A DNA stretch of 63,865 bases, the filler included, from Reticulomyxa filosa (Eukaryota; Protista; Foraminifera): NCBI GenBank assembly GCA_000512085.1. It is 22 parts of 22 records of this genome, joined end to end, with 100 filler letters (N's around TTAATTAATTAA, not from the genome) between each part and the next. Parts side by side here need not be neighbours in the genome. Positions count along the whole stretch, not along the records: positions 1 to 7,142 come from ASPP01019550.1; positions 7,243 to 8,830 come from ASPP01021949.1; positions 8,931 to 10,452 come from ASPP01005333.1; positions 10,553 to 12,507 come from ASPP01048362.1; 18 more parts are not named here. The stretch is one strand, 5' to 3'. Below are positions 1-12,507 of this stretch, piece by piece. Under the pieces are notes generated by a model, which searched no databases, was not told the origin of the DNA, and was given only the letters and a program-made list of their open reading frames with translations. How positions within the stretch are numbered: the first letter of the stretch is position 1; each line of letters begins with the position of its first letter. A program made the position numbers and the translations under genes.

Positions 1-36
<36 letters not shown>

Positions 37-94
37 TTAAAAAATGTGCAAGGAGAAACAGGGACCCCAAAAAAAAAAAAAAAAAAAAAATCAT

Positions 95-1099
95 TTAACC
101 TGAAGCGACCATAATCTGAACAGTTTTTGATTGACGGTTTGGTAACAGCAAGTGGACATCCCATTGGGCAATAATTTCTACACCAAATGCTTTCGGAGGG
201 TCGGCACCTCTTTCCATTCGAACCACTTCCACTGGCTTTTCAATACGGTTCACAATCGTCGCTTGCGGCTTGGTTACTCCATCGTGGGACACCGTGTAGC
301 TCCCAAATACACCCGTCGAAACGCTGGGTCGATATACATATTGTGAAGACGAAGTCTTCTATCAACGAAATAAATATATATATATATATATATATAATGT
401 ATATGTACATATATACAAGCATATATGCATATGCATGTAATGTATAAAAACCAGATTTGAAACATATCATGTTGATAGATCGAAAAATGGATGTCGATTG
501 ATGTTGACAAAACTTTGAGTGTGTAGCTGCCAAACACGCCAGAAGACGCGCTGGGACGATATACGAAGGGCTGAAGTGCGGTACTTTGTTTGCGTTGTCG
601 AGTATGCACAACTGTCTGCACTGGTGCTTTTGCCTTTTCCTCCGGCTGCTTGACAATGCAAAGGTTCGTGGTCACACAGGACGCACAGTACATTACAATA
701 CATGCAATAAATATCAATAAAAAAAAAGTGTTCAATTTCATTGGCTTTTTTTTTTTTTAATAATAATAAAAATAAAATAATGATTTTTTTTTTTTTAGTT
801 CCCTCCCTTCCTCTTCCTTTCTTTCTCTTTTCAAGTGCAGTTCGAATCTTTACACAGCATAGATCGATCATTAACAAAACTCGAATAACATAAGAACCGA
901 ATACTCCCGTGGAAATGCTTGGATAATATGCAGACTTCTCTTTTGGCTTTTTTTTTTTTGCGATTGAAACACGAAAAAAAAAAAATGTTACAGTCGATTC
1001 ACTCAGCGAACAAGTCAATACCTTATTGCTTGCTTCATAGGTGACGTGGTATGTTCCGAATACACCCGTTGACAAACTAGCTTTGTAAGATGGTGGCAT
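95..1099 (-). CDS. Multi-exon hypothetical protein with four YxxSxS(T/S)GVFG(S/T)Y repeats; 3' end uncertain
   Basis: ATG at 1099 (MPPSYKASLSTGVFGTY). Further motifs YYPSISTGVFGSY (~890-930), YRPSASSGVFGSY (~525-565) and YRPSVSTGVFGSY (~297-335) lie in separate blocks divided by AT-rich/poly-T or (TA)n GT..AG segments. Exact splice sites are approximate. Confidence 0.7.
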
Positions 1100-2575
1100 T
1101 GCCTTTGACTAACCTCACACCCGTTCACAAAACACACAACGAAATACAACACTCGATACAAAAGCTATCATTACAATGGTAACTGGATGGGACTTAATAC
1201 AATAAGAACCAAAGCAGCCGCTTGACGCACTTGGACTGTATTGCATTGCTATTATTAGTTTGAATTATTTTGAAAAGACCTATGTTCGTCTGCAAACAAC
1301 TTTTCAACAGTGTTGGTCAATCTTAGCAACTTGTCCGCTACTGTGTACCTTTAGTCATAATGTGGGGATAGTATATTAAGTAATATCCAAAACAAGAAGT
1401 AATGATAATATTTTAAATGACTATTTTTTGTTCATTACAAAGTTGCAAGTAGATAATTTTTTGTGTTTTATTTGCGTTGATATAATGACATTTTCTCTCC
1501 TTTCTAAGGCAGCACAAATACATAATATCAATTCTCCTCTAATGAACATCCAAGTTTAGAGATAATTATTGTTTTAAATAACGTAAAGTGCAATAGCTTA
1601 TTGAAAAATATTCAAACAAACACTTAAACGCTACTAAGAGAAATAAAGAAATTTTACATTGAATTTACCACTTTTACTAATGTATTTCTTCAATTATGAG
1701 CAATTTACTATGACAAAATTAAACAAAAATATTTTTAAATTAAAATTATTATAATCATTTTTAAAAAGTGTGATTTATGTGCTCATTTTCCCATATTGAT
1801 ATAATTATATTTCAAATATGTGAAAAAAGTGCTGATTGGATCAGGAATATTTTATTTCATATGTTTATTTTTGTTAATTTTTTTTAAAATGATAAATGTC
1901 AAAAAACTACAAATTATCAATATTTAATAACAATTTTTCCATCACAAATAATACGTTTTTTATCAAAAATGTTATAAATTATTTTTTCAAAATAAAAAGT
2001 TTTACTAATATTCTTTTGAAATAGTATATGTTGTTTATGTACAAGAACAATTATAATTTAAAAAATATCAAATTATAGATAAATACAGCAGTTTTTTCAA
2101 ATCACCGAAAATAAATAAAAATTAAAGTCTAAATATATGTTGGTGTTCCCGCAAAAATCAGCACATGCAATACACTTTTTATAAAATATTATTTTTAAGC
2201 AAAAAAATTATTTGCTTTTACGGTAAAATTTTTTTTGCTAGAATACCAACACTGAAATCTTTTGAAGTGGATAATAAAAAAATTTTGTAAAGCAAATTTT
2301 CGATAGAGTTTTTTTTGCAGTAAATTCGTAGAGTATCTTTTGCCAGTTAAGAAGATCCAAATTTACTTTGCACTAAAATTTGAGTTTAATTTGATTGACG
2401 GATGATGTACTGTTATTTGGAGCGATAGAATAGTCAATGTTGTTAATGTTATTAATGTTATTAATGTTAGTCAAAAAAACATAAGAAAAGAGCTTGAAAC
2501 TGTACTTTTTGCGCAATCACAAAACAAAAAAGGTGTTTTACTGCTAAAAAAGAGATTAAATCGTTTGTTATGAAT

Positions 2576-3330
2576 CTAGCACAATTCATAAATTTCGTGA
2601 CTTTGTGTGCTTGCTTCTGTTTTGGATGAAGCTCCCTTTTTTTGTTGAATAGTAGTTAAAACCATTTCTTTTATTTCCTCTAAAGATTTATTTTTAAATT
2701 GTTCATCAACTCGGAATTTATCATCTTCAACAAACCAATGCAAATGGTCACTCATCAAATGCCATTGATTACATCCTCTGCACTGCATTAATACCAATCC
2801 TTCGTAGTACACTTTTTTTTGGCAAATTCGAGCTGATTGTGTCCCACAATTCCCACAGTCAAATGCTATCATCATTCGTTCTTTTCCATCTATCCAATAA
2901 TTAGACCATTATATGTTTTTGTTTTTCGTTTGTCCTAATTTTCTGAAACAATAGTTTTTTTTGTTCTCTTCCCTCCTCATAATAGGCTCCTGTTTATTGA
3001 AAGCCAAGAAATTTCCATGACTTTCTAGCCCTTTGTTTTGTTTGGGCATTGGTTTCACTTACCTTGTGGTATTTTTGACAAAATTTGCTCCAGTGTTTGT
3101 TGGTCTAATTTTTTTTTTATTTGGTGGGATTTGTTCTTTGCTTGGTCATTATTGCTTTCGTTGTTTGAGTTGTTACTCTCAGCTATGCTAGAGTCATATC
3201 GTCTTTGTATTATTGGCTGAAGCGTTTGAAGTCTATTCGAGTGCATTTTTGATCCTAATGATGTCAGTGCATATCGTGAAGATGAAACTATTTTCGAACG
3301 GCAAATAATTGTGCTGACTAACTTTGACAT
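2576..3330 (-). CDS. DNLZ: DNL-type zinc-finger protein (mitochondrial Hsp70 escort, Zim17/Hep1/DNLZ-like), 2 exons
   Basis: Exon 1 (3330-3063) has an R/S-rich presequence-like N-terminus. A GTAAG..TAG intron (3062-2890) joins it in frame to CGNC...YYEGLVLMQCRGC..WHLMSDHLHWF, the zf-DNL pattern. Confidence 0.88.
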
Positions 3331-6300
3331 ATCAATTGTTGATGCACGTGTAAAATATTTGATTTTTTTTTATTTTGCAACGGTACCAGCGCAACACCTC
3401 TGCTTGTCGGTATCATTGCAACATTTTTTTTTTAGAACGACATACATATAGAAACTTTTTAAAAATATAATGCTGATACTTTCAATTAAAAAGTTAGTAA
3501 AATTACTTATGATTATCACTGAAACATATTAACAAAAGTATTCGAGTAATAAAATTCCTTTTTTTTCAACAACGGCTATTATTTCTTAAATAAATTTCAC
3601 ATGACAAGCCAAGAGAATCAATGGAATTAAGCTTATTTTATTTTTAAAAAAGTAGAATTATCACTTATGTGGGGCTTGAGTGGAGAAGTTGGTAAACGTA
3701 ATACGACAGATGCTCTTGTTGAGAGCAGTTTTCAATAAAACAAAAAAGAATTAGACAAAAAAAGAAGAATGATAACAAAAGGAAACAAGACAACGAAAAA
3801 AAAAGGTAAAAAGAGTTGTTAAGAAGTTGATCCCACTGGGGACTCCTCAGGTCTTCTAGAGTTCCGCTCTCTGTATTAAGGTCTTGCACTATACTTATAA
3901 AGTTCAAAAGCATGCTAGCACAGAAAAATAATACAAGTTGGTGTTTGTTCTCAAGATTCTGGAATTTTTGAACAATTTTGTTTTTCTTCTTTGATAAGAC
4001 TGCAACCGAAGAACTTAAGGGAATGTGGTTTTCTCCTTCCAACAAAAAAAACAAAAAATGATAGCAAATTTTAAGGACAGGTATATGCTCAATCCCCGAA
4101 GTTGTAGAATTTGTATTGGAAAGATCATTTCACGTAAAGTAAGAAGCTTATGTATATGTGACTTAGTTTAAGGACGTGTTTCTATGTTGACTTAAAACGA
4201 CCAAAAGTCTAGAGAGAAGTGATGTAAAAAAAATGAACAAATACACTCACACTTGTTGCGACATAAATAAAAAAAATCAAAGACTGTTTGACAAGTTGTG
4301 AAGAAATGCAACTTCCACTTGGTATCAATGAAACTAACCAAGTAATAAATTTTTGGTCTCGATTTGAGGATTTGAGATCCATTCCACCATATGCAATGAA
4401 CTAATTGATTTTTAAGTTTTTACCAAGTTTGGGAAATACGCATGAACACACATTGTTCATATTGTTGTTGTAGTATATACATTCTTTATGAATATAATAT
4501 ATATTTATGTAACGTATATGATGTACACTTATAGACATATTTATGTTAAATGAAAAAAAAGGAACGAAAGTCTTTCATTTCATTACATTTCTAATTCAAT
4601 GATAATGATAACTGAATTAAATATAAATATAAATGCAAAAGAAGATATAACTTGGTTATTTGAACAAAGAAAGATCGAGGATAATGTAAATCGAAACGAA
4701 GTATCACAGATCTGTGAAAGGAAAAGGAGCAGCAGAATGGAAACATGGGACTGGAGTTATAACGATCACCACATGACAGGTTTAGTGATTACTTAAAAGT
4801 GCCAAATAAAAGTGTCTATCACCGCAAAGTAAATATCTCACACTTGCCCGATGTTGGTGGCTACATATCAACATTGATACATATAAATACATCCTTCAAC
4901 TTGTCAATATTTGTTTACAACTACAGTGCTATTTTGATTTATATGGCAAAACAAATTCTTTAGCTCAAACTTTTTAATGGAGCAGTGTATGTATGCGTAC
5001 TTTTTTTTAAAAAAAATAATTAAAAAAAAGATAAAATAAAAAAAAAAGATAGATATTTTTTTTTGGATTAACGAATACCAATTAATAAAAATGACTACAT
5101 ATCAAAAAAAAAAAGGTACCACATTATCAATAGTGAACTTGCGTACGTTCAATTGAAATTACAAAGATGTCATATGATAACTATCTTCTTCGGACATCAA
5201 CACGAACATCATAGCGAAACAAATGTGAAAAGTTAAATAAAAAAAGGATTGAACTTGATTTTCAAAATAATAAAAAAAACTACACACTACAGACGCAAGG
5301 CATGACTTTTGCAATTGGATATTCATATTGAGCCAAATGCAAGTCATTAACTCTTTCAATGTGGCAAAGAGCTGGGAATGCTCAAAAGCACAACGATTTT
5401 TTGAGTCCATGCAAGTCGATGAGCTTTATCGACATAATCGACGATAAGGATGACGCGAATGATATTGATCACAATATCTACAATCAAATGGCAATTTTCA
5501 GACAGCGCACCATACAATTAAGTCAATATTTTTTTGCGGAACTTGACACAATCACGTAATCAACAACTAGTCAATTACCAAAGTCTCTTTTCACACAAGT
5601 ATGAGTTCGATTATTCTATACAAACAACAAAAAAAGTGGAAGTATATTGTGAAGAAATAAATAGAAATATAAACATAAAAATATTATGTATATATTATAA
5701 GGATGACAGAAGGAGTCGAATCTTATTCACTGCGGTGAATCACGTGATTGTTGCAAATCTCACAATGCATGGCCCCAGATAAAGTCTATATTAGAGCAAA
5801 ACATGCACCAAGAGGTGTGGTAATATTTAGGTCAGTGTATATTATAAATGTGAGTGGAAACTACAACACTATGGTCGCAGCAAATCAACAAAACATAATC
5901 TGCATGTTTACGTCTGAAACACTCAAAGTACTCCAATGGAGTCTATACCAGTGCATTGACTGTGACTGGCTGATCCAACAAACTACGCTCTTCGGTGATA
6001 GCTTTAGCCGTTAAGTTAAGTCATTATCAATTGTGACAAGTTTTTTTTCAACGAATAAACAAATAGCAATACTTAAATCGTTAACTAAAAACAGGCACTT
6101 GCATTATATTTTGAAAGCGATCAATTAGACTTCAAGCTGCTATTGATTGAGTCAATTGATATTTAAATATTTTTCGGATATTACAATGTGTTATTGATTC
6201 AACAGAAACACTGACATATGAGTAATAACAAATTTGTTCAATCAGCAAATAAAGTCCGAAGGTCCGCAATCCGAAATAAAAATAATGCAAGTAAACGTAT

Positions 6301-7103
6301 TAATTGCGTAATCAAAAAAACATTTGTTTGCTGTGGTTGTCGTAATGTCAACACCAAAGTGAATAACTACAAAATTATTTCTACTTTATTTCGTCTTGTC
6401 ACTGCGATGCGAATTATGTATGCTTACTATTGGATGACCTTGATCAAGTTGCAAAAACGATGTTGTTCAATTTATTATTCAATCACAATCGCCGCAACGA
6501 ACAAGATTTTCAATGACATTATCAATATTTACTCTATTGATCTTGTTTGGACTGCATTAGTTTCGGATCTTTTTAATTTGCTTTGGTACATATTTACCAT
6601 AACATCTCATTGTACCTATCAATGAAAGTAACAAACAATCACAATATTAATAAACAATTGTTTTATAGAAAATATAATTTTTATACTTTGAACGCAAATG
6701 CAAATTAGAGCGTCTTGAGGACACGAGTAGAGCGGATATTGGACTTTTGACGTTCTAATTCAAGTTTCCGCTTACAGGAACAATTTCGTGCTGCTGTTTT
6801 TCAGTGATTTATTCTCACATTGAGAAATAAACCAGAGAAAATAATTCTTATAACTGTAGCAGCAAGTAAATAAACGAAGAAGAAAAGCAAAATGCTGACA
6901 GTAAGTAAGTAAAAAAAAGGAAACTACTTGGAAAGTTCACTTTTTTTCGTAAAGCTGAGTTGTTTTTTAATAAGGCCAAAATTTCAAATTTGAATTAAAC
7001 TTTTTATTGTTGAGCCACAAATTAAAAAAAATGTTGAAGACTACCTTAATAATCTTCATCAATATGTTTGTTTTCGCTGCTACTTGTAAGTTAGTTTGAG
7101 ATA

Positions 7104-7142
7104 CAGTAGGTTGCAAAGAAAACTGAACGCCTAAAACGATAT
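7104..7142 (+). mobile_element. Terminus of MITE/Tc1-type non-autonomous element (TA|CAGTAGGTTGCAAAGAAAACTG...)
   Basis: Exact reverse complement of ~40480-40518. It is preceded by TA and cut by the contig end. Confidence 0.7.
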
Positions 7143-7242
7143 NNNNNNNNNNNNNNNNNNNNNNNNNNNNNNNNNNNNNNNNNNNNTTAATTAATTAANN
7201 NNNNNNNNNNNNNNNNNNNNNNNNNNNNNNNNNNNNNNNNNN
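7143..7242. other. Artificial contig linker N44-TTAATTAATTAA-N44 (first of 21)
   Basis: Identical 100-nt spacers start at 7143, 8831, 10453, 12508, 14177, 15417, 17827, 19471, 21416, 24826, 31352, 32584, 34473, 37069, 40335, 42693, 43825, 51151, 54341, 55943 and 60323. The core gives stops in all frames. The window is therefore 22 concatenated contigs. Confidence 0.98.
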
Positions 7243-7261
<19 letters not shown>

Positions 7262-7283
<22 letters not shown>

Positions 7284-8440
7284 ATTGATCATAAATAAGC
7301 ATGCTCTTATTCTTGCTTTTGAGATAACCATCCGCAACTGGAGATGTGTTTTCTTGAGTGGAATTACTATTATCGTCGATATCACTCTGTTGTTACCATT
7401 GGTCACACTCTGTCGTTCGAAGCGTCTCCAAATGTGTCATCGTTATCCAGTGTGCATGCCCCTTGTCCACTGTGAAAGGCAGGTAGAAGAGATAATGATA
7501 CTTTGGCTGTATACTGGCTTCACTGCAATCCCGTGTTGATGTTGTTGTGGCTCTCTTACCATGGCTGCGTTTCCATCAATTCCGAAGTCGTTGTTCCTAA
7601 GTGTTCATCATCGTTGTTGGGTATACGTACGAAGGAGCGCCTTGATAATAAAAGCTGACGACTGTTGTTGTTGTTGTTGTTGTTGTTGTTGCCACTGTGC
7701 CATCCAATGATTACTATTGCCATTGCCATTTCGCTGTTGGAAGTGCAATGATGGCGCACTCACTGGACGCATCGGATTCATTGACATGTTTATGTTTATT
7801 ATTTACCATCAGCAAAAATTCGGGATCGAACAACTATTATTATTTATTTATTTATTTATTTATTTAATACGTTAAAAAAAAAAACAATGTCTAGAATTTT
7901 TTTTTTTCTATTTTTAAAAAAAACACAAAAAAAATTTGCGTACATATATTATATATATATATGTACATATACAAGTAATAAAGAGTGACTTTGCACACAT
8001 ACACACACTCTCAACTGCAAGTGCTCGTTGTTTGCTAAATAAAAGGTTTCACTCTGGAAAAATTTGATATCATCGCTTTCGTTGGAGCAACGGATTAGCA
8101 AGGAAGCTGTCTGAGGACAAGAGCAATGTAAGAGGTCTTGGTCATTGCTGTTATTGTTATTATCGCTCTTCACTTTTATCAATGGCCCTTGCGAGATTGC
8201 AATCGATGGGGTTACTACTGCTTTTGGTGCGCTCTCGACTGTTACGCTTGGCCGTTGCCAACATTGGATACGCACGATCACTCCCTGGAAAACTGTTCCG
8301 GTTTTCTAAACTGCACAGGTCACTCTTTTCATCCATTCCCAGCAAACTCAATGGCAGATTTCATAACGGCACTGACAAATTCATGCCAAACAATTCGTTC
8401 GTTATATCATCAATTTGGTACTGCTCCAAAAATTTATGTT
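7262..8440 (-). pseudogene. Degenerate coding sequence (poly-Q/N tracts, several frameshifts and stops)
   Basis: Protein-like pieces in shifting frames (KTGTVFQGVIVRIQCW...; MSMNPMRP..WQQQQ; DIDDNSNSTQEN..) are separated by an AT-rich intron-like block. No family recognised. Confidence 0.35.
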
Positions 8441-9095
8441 GCTTAGATCAAACGTTCTTGACAAAACATTTTGTTGCTGCATACTTATTCACTTACTTTT
8501 TTTTTTAATTGTGCTTACTGTTAAAAATCGTTTAACAAGCAAATATATTAAACAAACACCAAAGGAAGTGACACTGCAAAAAAAAAGACTTTTTAGGTTG
8601 TTTTTTTTAAAAACAGGTACCTCTTTGTAGTGAAGAATGTAATTTGTAATATTTAAACTTTCATTTGCTTGTCAATTACAATTGTTGCTTTTAACTTATG
8701 AACTAAAACACAATTAGCCATAATCTAATAAAGCTATTTTTATATCATAAGGATAAGAACATAACCCATTTGGAGGAGTGCACTCACCGTTTTTTTTTTT
8801 TAAGTCGTTTTTATTTTTGTCGAGATATATNNNNNNNNNNNNNNNNNNNNNNNNNNNNNNNNNNNNNNNNNNNNTTAATTAATTAANNNNNNNNNNNNNN
8901 NNNNNNNNNNNNNNNNNNNNNNNNNNNNNNTTCCGGGTTTTAAAACCCGGAATTCAAACCCTTTCGGTTCCAACGTTGGAACCGAAAGCGGGTTTTTAAA
9001 AACCCGGAATTCAAACCCTTTCGGTTCCAACGAATACGCATTATCAATTGATCTGTGTATGTTCTGCCCCCTTCTTTTTTTAAAAAAAAAAAGAT

Positions 9096-10452
9096 TTGAG
9101 TGATAATCTTCGCGTGATTTGTGAAAATGTGCCCAGTACACGGGCAATTCTGCCAATCGAAGAGAAATGGAGCTGGGATGAGAAGAGTGAAAATGGCGGG
9201 TTGGTTGAAGGGGACCTGCTGCTGTATAGCAATGGCAACGACTTGTATTGCATGGGCTTCAAGTTGGAAAATGGTGGTCCCGCTTGCATGGATCGACCTC
9301 CCTCCAACACTCGCCAATTATACCTTTGCAGTTGCAAAGATGTGATTACTACATTGGCTCGCGATCAAGTCAATCGCGTCGTATATGTAGCAACCAAAAA
9401 GAGCTTGTATTTGTTTTCGTGGAATGAATTTCTATTCGCAATTACGGAAGAATGTAAGAAAAAAAAAAGCCAATGAAAGAGACTCAAGATAGCAATAATA
9501 ACAATAACAATAATAATAATAATAATAATAATAATGACAATAACAAAAGTGCAGTTCGTCAATTGGTAACTTTGTCGGAACTGCTGTTGAAGACGGTTTC
9601 TTCCAACGCCACACCTCGAGTACAATCCCCAGATGGAACAATTTCGGCCGGATTTGGCGACAATGCCCTTGTTGCTCTAAGAGATGCGCCGTCAGTTTCC
9701 ATCGGAGAAATCGCAGATATTGTGTTCGTCAATATCAAAAACTCAATTGCTTGTCTGTTTATTGCCGATATCAAAAACGACGTTGTTTTGGGCTGTCACA
9801 TTAACAAAGGTCAATTCAAGTTTTCTGCCTCTCCTTTCCTCTCTATATAATTCAATCACAATTTCAAAATGAATCAAAATAAATAAAATGACAGATCAAA
9901 ACATAAAAACAATATATAACAAACAATCAAACTAAAGGAGTTTGCAACATTTTGTGCCGCGTTACGAAGCCCTCGTCTCTTTGTTTCAGCACGGAAAACA
10001 TGTGTCTGTACATTAGCTCCACGGAATGCGGAGTGTATTGCATGCCGATCAATAAAATATTTTTGGACAATTTGTTTCGTGGTAATGGCGGTGTCAGTGT
10101 TGGTGGCGATGGCAATGGATACAATGGTTCTTTCAAGAATATCGAGGTGAGTGGAACATTGTTCGCATTGCATTCGTCGATCCACTCGTCTCTCTCATCG
10201 AGTAGCAGCGGTGGAGGTAATGGCAGTGGCAGCAATGAGAACCCATCCTCTCGTCCCTCACTCGCTGTGGGGTCATGTCGACAAATGAATCTGATCGAAG
10301 AAAATCGCTTGTTGAGCGTGCTGTGTCTTGGAAAAAGAGACCATTTATTACTGTTGGACATGTCCAGCAAAATGTATTTGATCCACTCGGCTACGTCTTT
10401 GCTGGATAGATATGTGGACCAAAAGACGAGCAGCAATGACCACAACAACAAC
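9096..10452 (+). CDS. Partial multi-exon hypothetical protein, beta-strand-rich (possibly beta-propeller)
   Basis: ORFs 9096-9476, 9473-9850 and 9952-10452 have coding-like GC. The frame changes at the A-run near 9459-9468 (likely homopolymer indel), and there is an intron-like gap at ~9810-9940. Confidence 0.55.
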
Positions 10453-10552
10453 NNNNNNNNNNNNNNNNNNNNNNNNNNNNNNNNNNNNNNNNNNNNTTAA
10501 TTAATTAANNNNNNNNNNNNNNNNNNNNNNNNNNNNNNNNNNNNNNNNNNNN

Positions 10553-10585
<33 letters not shown>

Positions 10586-10619
10586 GGAAAAAAAATATAA
10601 CAGATACTCACAAGAAAAA

Positions 10620-12417
10620 ATGAACGCATTGTGGAAAGCACACATAAAACCGGACACGGACGAAAGCAATTGGTGGATCCAATATCGGTCAACGATCGGT
10701 TCAGTGAAGTGGTGGCTGAGTGTGAGTGCGTGTGTGACGACGGTGTTGTATGGCGGGCTGATGATATTGAGTTGGGCACTGACGGACATGAAGAACGGGA
10801 AATTGCACAGATACGACGAAATCCACGACTACATTGTGTTTTGTCTAATGCTACCGACGATATTGGTATGTGTGATGATTGCCGGGTACGTGGTGCCACT
10901 GCAAGACGCAATGTTCATTCGGGACGAAATGATCGTAACCGCATCGGTGCTGATTATCGGGCATTCGTGCATTTTCGGATCATTCGTCACTGGCCGCTTA
11001 GACTCTAATACGAACTTCGAAAACGGAAGGGGACCCACGCACCGGTTTGCTTGGTACTGTACGTCGACGACATGTTCGTTATTCCTGTCGCTGGTGATGA
11101 CTAAATGGGTTAGTTTTGATGTATACATATATATATATATGTATACATATGTATATATGTATACATGTATATATTGTGCATACATAGGCATGTAAACAAA
11201 GCATATTACATACATATATACATATGACATATGCATATATACATACGTATATAAAGGTACTTAATCGACATGAAGCTCTCTATGCCTTAACGAAAGAACA
11301 TGAGTCGCTATATGCGTCACAACTTGGCCGTTGGTCGGAAAATATAATGCACACCCACACACAACAGCTGACGAAGAGTAACACGCTATCACAGTTCCGT
11401 GGCCCTTCTTGGCTTGGCGAATCGAGGGACATATGGACGGAGACCGACTTAAAAAGAAACAATCCTTGCTGTTCGTCTTCTTCTTCTTCTTCTTCTTCTT
11501 CCTCCTCCTCCTCTTGCTTTCCTTTGGGCTACTGCTCCTGCTGCAATATGTGCACGAGAGACCCGTCCGGTCGGATGTACAATGACCGCCCTTCCAATGG
11601 CAACACCATCGGTGGCATCCATATTGACGTCGACGACAACGAGGGCAATCAGACGAGCAGGCATAATCGCAAGTCGAGAATCGTGATGAAGCAAGTCCTT
11701 TCGCGAAGTGTCAATTCGTGGAATGGGTCCAAAAGTAATGTCAATAATAACGACAACACCAATGCAAATACAAATGCAAATACAAATGCAAATACCAATG
11801 TCAATGTCAATGGCGAAGGATATAGTCCAAACACCCAGTTGGCGTTGAATAACAATACTACCAGTAACAATAATAATAATAATAACAATAATGATAATAA
11901 TAATAATAATAATAATAATAACACCAATCATAACAATAAGAAACACCAAAACAGCTACGACAATAGCAACAATCCACCACTCAGTCCCAATCTCAATAAC
12001 AATGCAAATGCTAGTCCCAATCTGATCTCCAGTCCACACCCGAAGATCATTCCGAGCCCAAAGTTCAATCCCGTCTCATCGCTCCAAACCAACACCAACA
12101 CCAAACCCAAACCCAGGCTCACATTACGGGCAGTGTTGAAAGTGAGAGAAGGATTCGAAGTCTTTTGCCATGTTATTGTGACAGCCATATATCATTTTAC
12201 ATTGCTCCGCCAAAAACAACAACAACAACAACAACAACAATAATATATATATATTGATATATGTGTAAAATGTACATTGAATACACGTGCATGTGCATAA
12301 GTACATCCAATCATAATTACGCACAACAATGGAAAAAATACAGTATTTACTGCAAGAGTCGTCCGTCGAAAACATTTTATTCTTGGTTGAAGTTGCTCAA
12401 TTCAAGGCCATTTTAAA
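10620..12417 (+). CDS. Multi-TM protein with C-terminal RGS domain (7TM-RGS-like), partial
   Basis: Exon 10620-11108 encodes about four hydrophobic helices (including DAMFIRDEM). Intron 11109-11256 is followed by a low-complexity linker ending LRAVLKVREGFEVFCH. After a second intron, YLLQESSVENILFLVEVAQFK matches the RGS alpha3-alpha4 signature. Confidence 0.8.
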
Positions 12418-12474
12418 GTTGGTTGTGTTGTTGTTTTGTTTTGTTTTTTTTTTTTTTTTTTTAATTTTTAAACC

Positions 12475-12507
<33 letters not shown>

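Noticed and set aside
370-445. (TA)n/(TATG)n tracts here and at ~11120-11250, ~18340-18410 and ~32460-32520 as regulatory repeats
   Set aside because: They lie inside introns and are ordinary microsatellites.
3400-7000. Scattered short ORFs in contig 1
   Set aside because: No motifs or coherent exon chain. Possibly old pseudogene debris but not supportable.
8931-9032. Palindromic direct repeat TTTTAAAACCCGGAATTCAAACCCTTTCGGTTCCAACG x2 (CRISPR- or telomere-like)
   Set aside because: Only two copies with no unique spacers. Almost every base is doubled or tripled at a contig end, typical of homopolymer-inflated low-quality reads.
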